Virus record (IMG/VR): IMGVR_UViG_3300025812_000003
Reading direction: 5' to 3' (one strand)
DNA length: 44,109 nucleotides
Origin: a virus
In this document: piece after piece, positions 33,643 to 44,109 of the stretch
How the letters are laid out: each line of letters begins with the position of its first letter
Numbering within the stretch: the first letter of the stretch is position 1
The notes under the pieces: model-generated
Told to the model about the DNA's origin: nothing
Seen by the model: only the letters and a program-made list of their open reading frames with translations
Database searches by the model: none
Made by a program: the position numbers and the translations under genes

Positions 33643-36600
33643 ATGGCAGACATCGACCCGAAGACCCTCCAAAATTCGCTTAACGACCTCAACTTGGTCA
33701 TTTCCGCGACGACCGACATGCTCGTCGAGAGCGGACGGAAATTCCTCGACATAATGGATCGCATTGTCGAGAAAGGCGGTAGGGTAGCCACCGATGCGAA
33801 GGCTGCCGCTAGTTGGTTCGAGGCTTCAAGGATGGACTTTCGGGAAATCCTCAAGACCGTACATGACATGAACAGGTCGGACTTTTTTAACGGGAAGACA
33901 CTAGGCAACGTAAAGAAACAACTTGAGGAAATGCGTGCAGTGGCTATGAGGATGAGCAAGGACCCCGATTACGGAAAGGGGAACCAGATAGCGGCCATTA
34001 AATCTCTTGATGCCATCGACAAGCTTTTGGGAAAGATAAAGGAAAAAGCCGGAGATGCCAAAGAAAACCTGAAAAACGCATTTGATTCCAGCATGGTAGA
34101 CGAATTCTCCACAACCATGAAGGGGGCGGCCTTGAGCATCGAGGCGGTCAACGAAAAGGCCAAGAAGATGCACGGCCTGATTTTCCAGACCCTCAGTTCC
34201 GTCAGAGTGCTTGCTCCGCTTATGAAAGTAGTGGAAAGGCACCCGGCTACGGTGGAAGCACGCGGTCAGTTTACACGCAAGGTTGCTGATCAGGGCGATG
34301 TTGTGAAAAGGTTCTTGGGTGGCGTCCCCATGGACGCAACGGGCAGGCCAGATACAAAGGTAATGGATGCAAAGAGCAAGGAGGAACTCAAGAAGCTTGC
34401 CGAAGAGATAAGGGGCATGGACGAAAAGCAGTTGGGTCGGATGGCCGGTCAAATCAGCGGTCGCAAGGGGCCTCTTGGGTGGCTCGACCGCCAGCAGACC
34501 ACGAAGATACTACGACGAGCGGCCGTTGATGTGGGAACGGAGGGAGAGATTGGTGCGGGAGCAGCAGCGGGAATGGGCAGGATCGTGTCGGGAGGGGGAT
34601 CGTGGACAGAGGGCTTGATGGCGGAATCGGGGGGTGCGGCTTTGGCGGGCTTGGGGACCATCCTCTACGCTTTGAAGAAAAGCTTTGACATGATGGTCGC
34701 GAGCAACCAAGACATTTTTGACAAGATAGGGACCAGCGGCGGCCTGTTTGCCGCCGGTCGGGGGCAGCCCGGGCAGGCCTTCCAGAACGTGCGCATGAAC
34801 CTCACCCCCGGCATGAACATGTACGGGCAGACCTACGAGAAGAACCTCCAGATAGCCGAGACGATAAACAAGTTCGGGGTCAGCGTCGGGGACCTTGCGG
34901 AGGCGGGAAGCGACCTTTCCAGGAACGTCATCGGCCTGGCGGGCGGGAAGGCGGGGCAGGGAATCGCCGCCACGGTCTACGGCGGGGCGAGGCTGGCGGG
35001 GCTGGACGAGAGGGCCGCCACGGAGCAGATCATGAAGCTCCTGATGCAGTACCACCAGTCCCTCGAAAGCACGGACGCCTTCTTCAACAAGCTCAATGAG
35101 GACACCAAGGCGTCGGGGATGACCTCCACGAAGTACATCCAGATCATCGACGACATCACGGGGCAGTTCGACCACATGGCGAGGGGCATCGAGGACGTGA
35201 CCTCGGCGCTCCGCATGCTCGGGCACACCGGGATAATGACGTCCGAGCAGGTGTCCGACGCCATGAAGGCCATGATGATGACGAAGACGACCCCGGAGCT
35301 CGGGGCCTACTTGGCGTTGCATATGCCGCCCGAGGTCCTCCAGGCTACCGCCGCGACGCAAAAGCAGAACGTCGGGGAGCAGGCGCAGGAGGCCTACGAC
35401 AACCTGGTCGACGCCTTCAAGAGCGCCGGGATGAGCCAGGAGGAGGCGGAGAAGAGGCTTGCGGGGCAGGGGGTGAGCGCCTCGGCGCTCGCCGCCCCCG
35501 GGGGCAATGCCGTGCAGAAGGCCAACATCCTGGCGGGGCAGGTCCTGACGGGGGTGGGGGATGCGGCGAGGAAGCAGGCGGTCGGCTCGTCCCTGGAGAA
35601 CCTCCAGACGAGCCGCCAGGCCCTGACCGCCACCCAGAACCTCCTCCTCAACCCCCACAGTCCGGCCGCCGCCCTGGAGTTCTCCCACCAGCCGTTCCAG
35701 GGGCCCGCCATGCAGGCGGCCCTCAACATGACGAAGATACCGGAGATACTGATGCGGGCGCAGGTCGGGGGAAACAAGCAGGACGTGTGGAAGACGCTCA
35801 TGCTCCATCCCGAGACGCTGGCGCAGAGGAACATGGAGATCAACAAGGTGTCGGAGGCCCTCCAGTTCAACCCTGAGGACATATACAGGCAGAGGACCTT
35901 CGTCCTGGCGGGGGCGGGGGCGCAGATCCAGGAAGCCATGAAGGGCGGCCTCCCCGACGCGCAATACGAGAAGATCGCTGGGTACCTGGGGCTCCAGCCG
36001 GGGGCGGGGAAGCAGGACGTGGTGAAGGCCCTCAGCGACAGCACCGAGAACCAGGCGAAGGCGGCCGAGGGGCTGGCGGGGGACTTCGACACGTTCATGC
36101 AGATGTTCACCGCGGGCTCCCCGCTGGCGAAGGGGTATGCCGATGCCGCCAAGGCGGCGGGGGCGCAGCAGACGACCCAGATGGCCAAGGACCTCGGTGC
36201 GGCGCTCACGGGCACCGACGTCTACCTCAAGCAGATTCGCGACATCCTGTTCAACCAGTTCCTGGGGCTGGTCACGGACATCGCGGACGTCGCAATGCAT
36301 CCGTCGCATTTGCTTACCGGCACCCCGGGACAGAGGGTCGAGGCGGAGAAAGCCACGGGCCTGGCCGCCGCCGCGGACGTGGCGCAGGAGGCACGATACA
36401 AGGGGCCCGGCAGCGTCTGGGCCGACCTGGAGAAGGCGAAGGTCATCCAGCAGAACATGCGGGCCGACATCGACAGGACGCAGGCGGACCTGACCACGGC
36501 CAAGGCCGCCGCCGCGGCGGCCCCGGACGACCAGGAAAAGAAAGGGGCCGTCCAGCAGAAGGAGACGGAGCTCCGCAACCTGCAGGCCAAGCTCAAGAGC

Positions 36601-37026
36601 GAGGTCGCCGTCACGGACAATGCGCAGAAGGCCCTCCAGGACTACCAAACGGGGAAGCTGGCCACCAGGGACGAAAGGGTAAACGCCCTGGGCGACATCA
36701 AGGCACTCCACACCATAATGGGCCTCGACGCCTACAACAAGTTCTATGGCATAGCCGTGCCTCCGGCGCTACAGCCGGGAGAGGCGGCGACCGGCACGGG
36801 CGCAGAAGCCGCCAAGGCAAAAGAGGAGAAGACTCCGAGCATCAGCGTGCAGACCTTCCAATACAATACCACCCAGGGGACGGTGCAGGCGTCGACGGGC
36901 GACCCGAACTCCATTTTGGACGGCAAGGAGACGTCCGTCCAAAGCGCAACGCAGGCTGGATCGGCCATCCTGGACAAGGCCAAGAAGAGCACGAAAAAAA
37001 CCACCACTAGCTTGGCGGACTTTTAA
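33643..37026 (+). CDS. tape-measure-like protein
   Basis: 1127 aa, Ala/Gly/Gln/Met-rich helical composition; followed by lytic and baseplate genes. Confidence 0.65.
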   Translation: MADIDPKTLQNSLNDLNLVISATTDMLVESGRKFLDIMDRIVEKGGRVATDAKAAASWFEASRMDFREILKTVHDMNRSDFFNGKTLGNVKKQLEEMRAVAMRMSKDPDYGKGNQIAAIKSLDAIDKLLGKIKEKAGDAKENLKNAFDSSMVDEFSTTMKGAALSIEAVNEKAKKMHGLIFQTLSSVRVLAPLMKVVERHPATVEARGQFTRKVADQGDVVKRFLGGVPMDATGRPDTKVMDAKSKEELKKLAEEIRGMDEKQLGRMAGQISGRKGPLGWLDRQQTTKILRRAAVDVGTEGEIGAGAAAGMGRIVSGGGSWTEGLMAESGGAALAGLGTILYALKKSFDMMVASNQDIFDKIGTSGGLFAAGRGQPGQAFQNVRMNLTPGMNMYGQTYEKNLQIAETINKFGVSVGDLAEAGSDLSRNVIGLAGGKAGQGIAATVYGGARLAGLDERAATEQIMKLLMQYHQSLESTDAFFNKLNEDTKASGMTSTKYIQIIDDITGQFDHMARGIEDVTSALRMLGHTGIMTSEQVSDAMKAMMMTKTTPELGAYLALHMPPEVLQATAATQKQNVGEQAQEAYDNLVDAFKSAGMSQEEAEKRLAGQGVSASALAAPGGNAVQKANILAGQVLTGVGDAARKQAVGSSLENLQTSRQALTATQNLLLNPHSPAAALEFSHQPFQGPAMQAALNMTKIPEILMRAQVGGNKQDVWKTLMLHPETLAQRNMEINKVSEALQFNPEDIYRQRTFVLAGAGAQIQEAMKGGLPDAQYEKIAGYLGLQPGAGKQDVVKALSDSTENQAKAAEGLAGDFDTFMQMFTAGSPLAKGYADAAKAAGAQQTTQMAKDLGAALTGTDVYLKQIRDILFNQFLGLVTDIADVAMHPSHLLTGTPGQRVEAEKATGLAAAADVAQEARYKGPGSVWADLEKAKVIQQNMRADIDRTQADLTTAKAAAAAAPDDQEKKGAVQQKETELRNLQAKLKSEVAVTDNAQKALQDYQTGKLATRDERVNALGDIKALHTIMGLDAYNKFYGIAVPPALQPGEAATGTGAEAAKAKEEKTPSISVQTFQYNTTQGTVQASTGDPNSILDGKETSVQSATQAGSAILDKAKKSTKKTTTSLADF

Positions 37027-37028
37027 CC

Positions 37029-38492
37029 ATGCCGGATCAGAACGTCATCTTCGCCGTCCAGCAGCAGTGCCAACTACAGGGTGTATCCTCCTCGCTGGCC
37101 AAGGCGGTGCTGAACAACGAATCATACGGGGGGGTACAGTTCAATCCCGATGGGACGACGCTGACCAGCTCCGCCGGGGCCCTGGGGGCCATGCAGGTGG
37201 AGCCAAAGACGGCGGCGGGCCTTCCGCCTCCCTACAATTCCGCGTCGCTCGATTCCATAGACGGGAATGCCGCCGCCGGGGTGGCGGTCCTCAGCCAGTT
37301 GCAGAAGGAGTATCCTAACGACCCGGCCAGGCAGCTCGCCGCATACGATGCCGGGCCCACGGCGGTCAACAAGGCCACCAACCTGTACGGGGACGACTGG
37401 CTCTCGCACCTTCCCGCGGAAACGCAGAAGTACGTGCAGAAGGGGCTCCCCACTGCCACGGGCAATGCCGCCCCCGCCGTGCCTTCGAGCAGCGACGCCA
37501 CCGGGAACACGGGGCTGCCCCCGCTGCAGTTCTCCAGGGAGGCCTCCCAAATCCAGTCCGTCGTCCTCGAACAGCCCACCGTGGACTTCAACGTCCTGTT
37601 CCCGGACGTGATCAACCCGGACGGGCTCGACGAGGTGCCGTGGTACTCGGACAGGAGCCTCGTCACCGGCAACCCCAAGGTCAGGGGCTCCGTCACGCCG
37701 GTGGTCTTCGAGATCGCGCTCAAGGGAAGGGACGTCGAGCTCCTGTCCGACAGCTCCGGCGCTCCGATCCAGGTGCAGCTCAACGCTTCGATGAAGAACT
37801 TCAACGTGGCCATGAAGCACGTCTTCACCCCGCAGCGCACCCGCACGGGCTGGCACATAACGATGTGGGGGATGCAGGCCGACGTCATCACCGGCAACTG
37901 CACGACCGGCGTCTTCATGAACCAGTTCGGGCTCACGGACTTCTTCAGCACCGCCGTGGCGGACGACCAGGTCACGCAGCTCGTGACGAGCGGCTTCAAG
38001 GTCTTCCAGTCCGGGGCGGGGAGCTTCCCCGACCTGGCCGACCAGCGGGCGTCGGGCGTGGTGGAGGAGAGGCTCATACAGGACGACACGACGTTCTACA
38101 ACCAGCAGATAGGGCTGATAGCCGGGACCCCGGACCCGAGCGAGGCGTTCCGCGTGGCGGCGCAGGACGCGTTCATGGAGTTCCTCCTCATGTTCAAGAA
38201 CAACGGCATCTACTGGCTCAACAACCAGGGCGGGATGTGGGGGAAGAAGGAGCAGGTGGGGGTGGACGAGTGGTCCCCCGAGGTGGCGCTCTCCGCCACG
38301 GCCAAGAACGCCCGGAACAACGACGTGGCGACCAGGGGGACGGTGATGATGAAGTTCAGGGGTTCGACTTATAGCGGATACTTCAAGAGTCTGACTTGGC
38401 AGATGGATGCCCAAAATCCATTCAAATTTGATTTTAATTTCGTATTTCAGGTGGAGAGGACCTTGGGATACATGTTTTCCCCAGCGTGGTAA
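37029..38492 (+). CDS. lytic transglycosylase (SLT) domain fused to baseplate/tail-initiator-like domain
   Basis: AVLNNES, SSAGALGAMQV, GNAAAG, LAAYDAGP, ETQKYV; beta-rich C-terminus YSGYFKSL..PFKFDFNFVFQV. Confidence 0.8.
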   Translation: MPDQNVIFAVQQQCQLQGVSSSLAKAVLNNESYGGVQFNPDGTTLTSSAGALGAMQVEPKTAAGLPPPYNSASLDSIDGNAAAGVAVLSQLQKEYPNDPARQLAAYDAGPTAVNKATNLYGDDWLSHLPAETQKYVQKGLPTATGNAAPAVPSSSDATGNTGLPPLQFSREASQIQSVVLEQPTVDFNVLFPDVINPDGLDEVPWYSDRSLVTGNPKVRGSVTPVVFEIALKGRDVELLSDSSGAPIQVQLNASMKNFNVAMKHVFTPQRTRTGWHITMWGMQADVITGNCTTGVFMNQFGLTDFFSTAVADDQVTQLVTSGFKVFQSGAGSFPDLADQRASGVVEERLIQDDTTFYNQQIGLIAGTPDPSEAFRVAAQDAFMEFLLMFKNNGIYWLNNQGGMWGKKEQVGVDEWSPEVALSATAKNARNNDVATRGTVMMKFRGSTYSGYFKSLTWQMDAQNPFKFDFNFVFQVERTLGYMFSPAW

Positions 38493-38494
38493 CT

Positions 38495-39124
38495 ATGTAT
38501 TATCCAAAGAAAAGCGAAGCTCTCAAGAGAATGTGGAAAAACCTCAGCCAGGAAGAATACAACCACAAAGTTTCTGGTGTTCGGGCCTTGGGAGTCAAAC
38601 GTATCATCAATCGTATTGGTTTACGCTACGGCAAACTAACTGTTGTTGCCTCTGCTGGTCAAAACAAGCATGGTCAGCTCATGTGGGAATGTGTTTGTGA
38701 TTGTGGAAACAGAATCCCCACCATCGTTACGGGAAATCAGTTGGGCTGTAAAAAAACCATTAGTTGTTCGAATTGTGGTAGGAGTAGGCAAGGTCGAAGG
38801 ACTCACGGCAAAACAAACACCGTTGAGTATAGAATGTTTCAAAGAGTTAAAACAAGGGCTAAAAGAAAAGGCATGGAATTCAGCCTGAAATTCACAGATA
38901 TTGTCGTCCCAGATGTTTGTCCCGTTTTCGGAACCCCGCTCAAGCCCGGTACTCATAAGGATTACGACTTTAGTCCTTCTTTGGATCGTTTGGACAACTC
39001 CAAAGGATATATCAAAGAAAATGTGTGGGTTATAAGCAAAAAGGCCAACATGATAAAAAACAACTCCACGCTTCCTGAATTGAGGGCTTTGGTGTCCGCC
39101 TTGGAAAGGCGGCTAAAGGAATAG
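38495..39124 (+). mobile_element. free-standing HNH-type homing endonuclease
   Basis: IGLRYGKLTVV..WECVCDCGN..SC; CPVFG..SLDRLDNSKGYIKENVWVIS..N; sharply AT-rich. Confidence 0.85.
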
Positions 39125-39125
39125 C

Positions 39126-40241
39126 ATGGCAAGCGCACCCACATTCCCGTCCGCCATAGTGAGCGCTAAACGGGGTCCGAACGTCGGCACGCTCCCGTCC
39201 CCGCAGGTCCTGGACTTGACGCCGATAGACCCGCCGCCCGCCAACGTCGGCAGCAACCCCAACGATGTCAGCGACATAGGGATAAACAACCCCAGGGTGA
39301 GCGCCGTCCCCCCCATGCAGCTTCCGATCCGCGGGGAGAAGCGCTTCATCCCGGAGAACGCCACGGCGATCGCGGGCACCAGCCTCGCCGCCACGTCCGA
39401 CTTCTACGTCACCGCCGCCAAGCAGGCCTTCACGGACTACGTCGCGGTGGTCATCCCGCACCGGGGCGTCAACCCCAGCAGCGGGAAGCCGGACCCCAGC
39501 TTCAATGCGATCTACAGGTTCCTCATCAACCCGCAGACCGCCCAGGTATCCAGGAACACGGAGGACTCGCAGACGTTCGCCCGCGGAGGCTGGCAGTTCG
39601 GGCTGTGGGGGGAGGGGCTCGTGAGGGTGTCGATGACGGGGCACACGCCGGGCCAGTACTTCGCCGATGGCCTCACGGACGACTACGCCTACCTGACGGA
39701 ATCCTGGCGGAACCTCCAGCAGCTCACCATGGTGTACGAGAACAACGGCTACTGGTTCGAGGGGGAGGAGGCCGACGAGGGCCCGCTGGCCCCCGGCTTC
39801 ACGCGCAGGCGCATCAAGAAGCACCAGGACCTCCGGCTCATCGTGGGCAATTTCATATGGAGCGGGATGTTCGACGAGCTCAGCGTGACGCTGGACGCCG
39901 ACCATCCGTTCCGGGCGGAGTTTACCTTCTCGTTCCTGGCATGGAAGGAAAGGCCGAGGCAGGGCTCCCCGTACAGCCGGTGGGGGATACAGACCAACGT
40001 GGAAAGGGGGCATTCCTACGGGGCGGCATCGTACCAGGCGCAGGAAAATCCTTCTTCGGACTCCAGCACGGGGCAGATTACGATCCTGCCGCTTTCCGGA
40101 AGCGGGCTTGCCACGGGCCTCCTGCCTCCGTCCGTGTATTCTGACGTCGCCCTAGAGGGCGTTGCCACAGGAGGCACCAGCACCCCCACCCCTAGCTCCA
40201 TCATGTTCAATCCAGGGGAGTTCATACCGTTTATAGTATAG
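39126..40241 (+). CDS. putative baseplate/virion structural protein
   Basis: FLINPQT, WGEG..VSMTGHT, WSGMFDELSV..PFRAEFTFSF parallels the C-terminal domain of 37029-38492. Confidence 0.55.
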   Translation: MASAPTFPSAIVSAKRGPNVGTLPSPQVLDLTPIDPPPANVGSNPNDVSDIGINNPRVSAVPPMQLPIRGEKRFIPENATAIAGTSLAATSDFYVTAAKQAFTDYVAVVIPHRGVNPSSGKPDPSFNAIYRFLINPQTAQVSRNTEDSQTFARGGWQFGLWGEGLVRVSMTGHTPGQYFADGLTDDYAYLTESWRNLQQLTMVYENNGYWFEGEEADEGPLAPGFTRRRIKKHQDLRLIVGNFIWSGMFDELSVTLDADHPFRAEFTFSFLAWKERPRQGSPYSRWGIQTNVERGHSYGAASYQAQENPSSDSSTGQITILPLSGSGLATGLLPPSVYSDVALEGVATGGTSTPTPSSIMFNPGEFIPFIV

Positions 40242-40248
40242 GCATTAT

Positions 40249-42969
40249 ATGGCAAATGCAATTCGCAACATCTCGCAATCGGTCCAGGAACGGGAGATAG
40301 TCAAGACAGCGCCCGACGTCGTGGTGTACCTGGAGGGACGGCCATACCTCATAAACCCCTACATCAACTCGAAGGACGCCAAGAACCAAAGCGACGGCCT
40401 GTATACGGTGGTCAGCTTCAACGACTACCTGGATTCCTTCACCGCCTCCTACGACGTCGACAACCTCGTGCCGTCCGGCAGCTTCAGCCTGTCGGTCCCG
40501 AGCGACCAGAAGTACCTGTTCCAGGCACCGGGCGGGAACAACGTCATCGAGCCCATGATGCAGGTGCAGGTGTTCGCCAAGGGATACTTTCCCTCCCAGA
40601 ACGGGAATACCCTCTATTACCGTGTATTCAAAGGACTTGTATCCAACATATCCCACGCCGACACCGGGACGGCACTCCAGATTTCGGTCAACATGGTGGG
40701 CATGCTCCGCTTCCTCGACGTGATGTACATCGACTTGGCGGTCGCCCTGATGACGAACTCCCCCAATGCTGTCGTTGCGATGAAATCCAACCAGGCCGAC
40801 ATGAATCCCTACGTGGCCCTGGCGAACACGTTCCTGCGGTCCGTCACTACGGAGGGCTTCCAGCTCAATGCCGTGCAGCAGGCGTCCCTTAGCAAAGGCC
40901 AAAACGACTGGGCGGACGCCGTCCAGGCGGGGTACGTCAACAGGTGGCAGACGACGCTAACCAACATAGTGAGGGACGTCCGCATCCTTGGGTACGACTT
41001 CAACAAGGCCGTCGCATCGGACTACGATGCGGCAACCCTTCCGGACACGCTCACCCATACCCCGGACGATGCCAAGGGCATGGCCCCCAACAAGCGGTCG
41101 TCCAGGAATACCCTCGCGCCCAACATGTCGCCGTCCGAGGCCGTGGCGGACAAGTTCTTCAAGGCCGACCTCATGCGCAAGTACCTTCCCGAGATGGCAG
41201 TGGGGCAGATAACGCTCCTGGACGGGAAGATAGTGTCGCGCCTGGAAAGGATTCGCACGCTCGCCAACCTGCTCGGGTACGAGGGCTACCAGGACCTCGA
41301 TGGGGCCATCATATTCAAGCCCCCGTTCTACAACCTGGACGTCACCGACATAGGCACTCCGCCCTCCTCCCCCGGTTCCACCGGCTCCGGCACCCCCGGT
41401 GCCGTCAGCGCCGCCAGCTACATCCGGGAGGGGGCCAACCCGTTCGTGGTAAGCCTCAGCGAGATAATATCGGAGTCGGAATCGGAGGACGAGGCGGCGG
41501 TGACGGCCACCCGCATGTCCCTGGAGGCGAACTGGATGGCCGATTTCCAACTGCAGACCCCGTCCAACGGCCTGCTCCCGGTGGTCGAGCACATCGACAT
41601 CCCCAAGCTCTGCAAGTTTGGCCTTCGAGAGACGCCAGCCCGCCAGATGCCCTTCATCGAAGCCGGGGACATAATCGGCCTGTATACCTATGCGGTGAGC
41701 GAGCTCAACCGGGCAAACCGTGGGTACCGCACCTACAACCTGTCCATCCCGCTGCGTCCCGAACTGCGGCTCGGGTTCCCGATGTACATCCCCCACAGGG
41801 ACATGTACGGATACATCAAGAACATCGGCATCTCGTACCAGCAGGGGGGGACCGCCACGATGCAGGTAATGCTCGATACCATCCGCAAGCGCCCCCTTTT
41901 GCCGGGCATCCAGACCATAAAGGGGTCCGACGGTACCGACAGGCAGATCACCACCTATTCCAGCCAAAGGAACCTGGTGATGCAGTGGACGGTGCCGCCG
42001 TCCACCGACGAAACGGGAGCATTGAAGTCATTGCCCGCCAACAACACGAGCTGGCAGAGCCCGGGCTGGCTGAACCCCGTTTCCCAATCTTCCTCGACCG
42101 GCGACTCGGGGGCCCAGTCCACGGATCCTGCGGTCCGGCTCCTCGGGAACCCCGCCACCCTCCCGCAGCCGTCGAACTCCCCCTTCGACAAGGAGGAATG
42201 GGAGTACCTCATGCACAGGAAGGAGAAGCTGGGCTCCCTATGGGCCACGAGGTTCGACACCAGGACCAAGAGCTTCCGGGTCCAGAATGACAAGGCCACT
42301 GCCGAAGACCAAAAGCTCGACGGAGGATCGAGCATCCAGGTGGGCCAGCCGTTCTTCCGCAAGGAGAACTGGCTCCAGAACGGGATAACCAAGACCTACT
42401 GCACCAAAGTTCTGACCTGCCAGCCCTACACGGACGAGAAGGGATACGAAGTCGTGACCCCGTTCCCGTGGGGAAGGTGGCTGGACGTCAACACGGCGAT
42501 CAGCGATTCCCGGCTCGGAGTGCTCCGCGCCAATGCTAACCCGCAGGCGGCGGGGAGCGTCCGGGGCGTGAACGTCTTCCTGTTCGCCGGGCTGGTCTCG
42601 CCGAGCTCTGGCGACGCGAGCACGGAGCTGAGCAACGCGCTCAATGCCTCCCTTGCCAGCAGCACCAACGGCACATCGAGCATCGGGTACGACTCGATAG
42701 AGATGGACTCGGTCATTGAGCTCCAGACCCCCAAGCCGGGGGACGTGGGGGACGACACGAGCCTGGTGGACAGCACCCAGCCCGACATGGCGAAAAGCGG
42801 GCAGGGGACCAGTCTGGCGGACCGCCTCGGCGTGTTCGTCACGGGAGGAAGGTCCCTCCCCAACGTCCAGGCACTGCAGGGGACCAAGGGCACCGCGACC
42901 ACCGGCAATCCCACCGCCCCCGCCCCGCCGGTCCTGCTGCAAAACTTCGGCCAAGGGGGTAATGGATAG
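40249..42969 (+). CDS. putative baseplate hub protein
   Basis: 906 aa; RVFKGLV, SRLERI, EGYQDLDGAIIFKPPFYN, KFGLR, RPELRLGFP motifs typical of hub proteins. Confidence 0.6.
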   Translation: MANAIRNISQSVQEREIVKTAPDVVVYLEGRPYLINPYINSKDAKNQSDGLYTVVSFNDYLDSFTASYDVDNLVPSGSFSLSVPSDQKYLFQAPGGNNVIEPMMQVQVFAKGYFPSQNGNTLYYRVFKGLVSNISHADTGTALQISVNMVGMLRFLDVMYIDLAVALMTNSPNAVVAMKSNQADMNPYVALANTFLRSVTTEGFQLNAVQQASLSKGQNDWADAVQAGYVNRWQTTLTNIVRDVRILGYDFNKAVASDYDAATLPDTLTHTPDDAKGMAPNKRSSRNTLAPNMSPSEAVADKFFKADLMRKYLPEMAVGQITLLDGKIVSRLERIRTLANLLGYEGYQDLDGAIIFKPPFYNLDVTDIGTPPSSPGSTGSGTPGAVSAASYIREGANPFVVSLSEIISESESEDEAAVTATRMSLEANWMADFQLQTPSNGLLPVVEHIDIPKLCKFGLRETPARQMPFIEAGDIIGLYTYAVSELNRANRGYRTYNLSIPLRPELRLGFPMYIPHRDMYGYIKNIGISYQQGGTATMQVMLDTIRKRPLLPGIQTIKGSDGTDRQITTYSSQRNLVMQWTVPPSTDETGALKSLPANNTSWQSPGWLNPVSQSSSTGDSGAQSTDPAVRLLGNPATLPQPSNSPFDKEEWEYLMHRKEKLGSLWATRFDTRTKSFRVQNDKATAEDQKLDGGSSIQVGQPFFRKENWLQNGITKTYCTKVLTCQPYTDEKGYEVVTPFPWGRWLDVNTAISDSRLGVLRANANPQAAGSVRGVNVFLFAGLVSPSSGDASTELSNALNASLASSTNGTSSIGYDSIEMDSVIELQTPKPGDVGDDTSLVDSTQPDMAKSGQGTSLADRLGVFVTGGRSLPNVQALQGTKGTATTGNPTAPAPPVLLQNFGQGGNG

Positions 42970-42971
42970 GC

Positions 42972-44109
42972 ATGCCGATACCCGGAAGCGTCACCGCCAA
43001 CTACAAGGATCCCATGTCCCAGCACACCAGGGACATGGAGGAGTACCGGGTCTTCATCGGCACGGTCATGTCCGTGGACTGGGAAAGGCACGTGTGCAGC
43101 GTCGAGGACCTCCGCACCAAGGTCGTGTACCGCGAGGTCGGGCTCCTCCCCTGCACGCACAGCTCCTACGAGTCCACCGACGTCCAGATGCCCGAGGAGC
43201 TGTCGAAGTGCCTCTGCGTGCCCGTGACCTACGTGGGCGGGCACTCGCAGATCGCCATCCTGGCATGGGTCGTGTCGGACGCCAAGCGGGCGCTGGACGC
43301 CATTGCCATGAAGGAGTTCGAGGGCATACCCGGGCTCAACGAGCGCAAGCGGGGCAACTTCCGCAAGGCCTACCCGGGCCAGCGGGCGTCGTCGAACGTG
43401 GAGGGGTACTCCGAGAGGACGAACGCCGGGTGGGAGAAGTCGTCCCGGGGGTTCGACAGGGAGACGGTGGACGCGCACCGGCGCACCTGGCGGCAGGTCA
43501 CATCCCGGCACGTCAGGTACTCCGACGCCGGGATGTCCTTCGAGGGCCCGGCGGTGCGTCCCGACGCCTCCTCCGTCGTCCCCACGGTCATGCCGGACGG
43601 CAGCCGGGAATACACGGTCTGCCTCCAGCCCGGAGCCCGGACGTCCGACCGTTACCTCAACGGTAAACAGGACGTAGTGTCCTATTCCGAGCGGGTTACG
43701 AGGGTCCAGGAGTTCTCCCTCGACTACCCGCTCCCCCCCGAGGTCCTCCAGACCGACCTTCTCGACAGCGTGCTCGGCACGACCGCCGACCCGTGGCAGC
43801 GCACCTCCGTGAGCACGCAGGGGAAGTTCCAGGTCGACGACCAGACGCACTTCGCCGACCAGGACTTCGACCATCCCACGGACAGCGGCGGCAAGCCCCT
43901 CGGCCCGACCCTCGGCGAGGGGGCCACGCCGCGTCGCAAGGGGTTCATCCTGGAGCGCAGCGAGGGGACGCTGGTCGGGTACAACCGGTTCGACAAGGGC
44001 ACGTACGGGCAGGTGCTCAAGCCCGTCCTCTCGAAGCTCGAACGCCTCGGGAGGTTCGGGGCGGACTTCGAGAGCGGGTACAACCCCGTGGCGGACTCGG
44101 CGGACCATG
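42972..44109 (+). CDS. putative baseplate central spike protein, partial (missing from ORF track)
   Basis: ATG 42972: MPIPGSV..FIGTVMSVDWERHVCSVEDL..MPEELSKCLCV..AILAWV (gp5/gpV-like OB-fold start); frame appears open to window end. Confidence 0.5.
   Translation, partial: MPIPGSVTANYKDPMSQHTRDMEEYRVFIGTVMSVDWERHVCSVEDLRTKVVYREVGLLPCTHSSYESTDVQMPEELSKCLCVPVTYVGGHSQIAILAWVVSDAKRALDAIAMKEFEGIPGLNERKRGNFRKAYPGQRASSNVEGYSERTNAGWEKSSRGFDRETVDAHRRTWRQVTSRHVRYSDAGMSFEGPAVRPDASSVVPTVMPDGSREYTVCLQPGARTSDRYLNGKQDVVSYSERVTRVQEFSLDYPLPPEVLQTDLLDSVLGTTADPWQRTSVSTQGKFQVDDQTHFADQDFDHPTDSGGKPLGPTLGEGATPRRKGFILERSEGTLVGYNRFDKGTYGQVLKPVLSKLERLGRFGADFESGYNPVADSADH

Overview
A ~44 kb, GC-rich segment of a large tailed (probably contractile-tailed, jumbo-type) bacteriophage genome; a PEP-CTERM gene hints at an exosortase-positive host, possibly Acidobacteriota. 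Positions 1-30201 read on the minus strand. They carry DNA metabolism and accessory genes: gp32-like SSB, HU/IHF, adenine MTase, J-domain, DinG-type helicase, a tail-fibre-like carbohydrate-binding protein, a 1180-aa multi-glycosyltransferase, a phosphoesterase, a Toprim protein, intein-containing NrdJ, a DUF1376-type initiator and a DnaB helicase. Positions 30299-44109 read mainly on the plus strand and carry a tail/baseplate module. The centre (16.7-20.5 kb) is an RNA island with 13 CCA-encoding tRNAs, tmRNA, an RNase P RNA and several unassigned structured RNAs. Most notable: 11 of the 13 tRNAs decode GNN codons, and the other two read Cys UGC and Ile AUA. The array is preceded by an unannotated 38-codon leader ORF made mostly of those same codons, embedded in a classical 1:2/2:3/3:4 attenuator. 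This looks like a tRNA-depletion-sensing switch for a backup tRNA operon. A second candidate system is a DUF6847/DIP1984-like coiled-coil gene followed by a closed ~200-nt RNA with a (G)GU(U)-repeat loop. All protein calls are by motif recognition and all RNA folds were done by eye; no searches were run.
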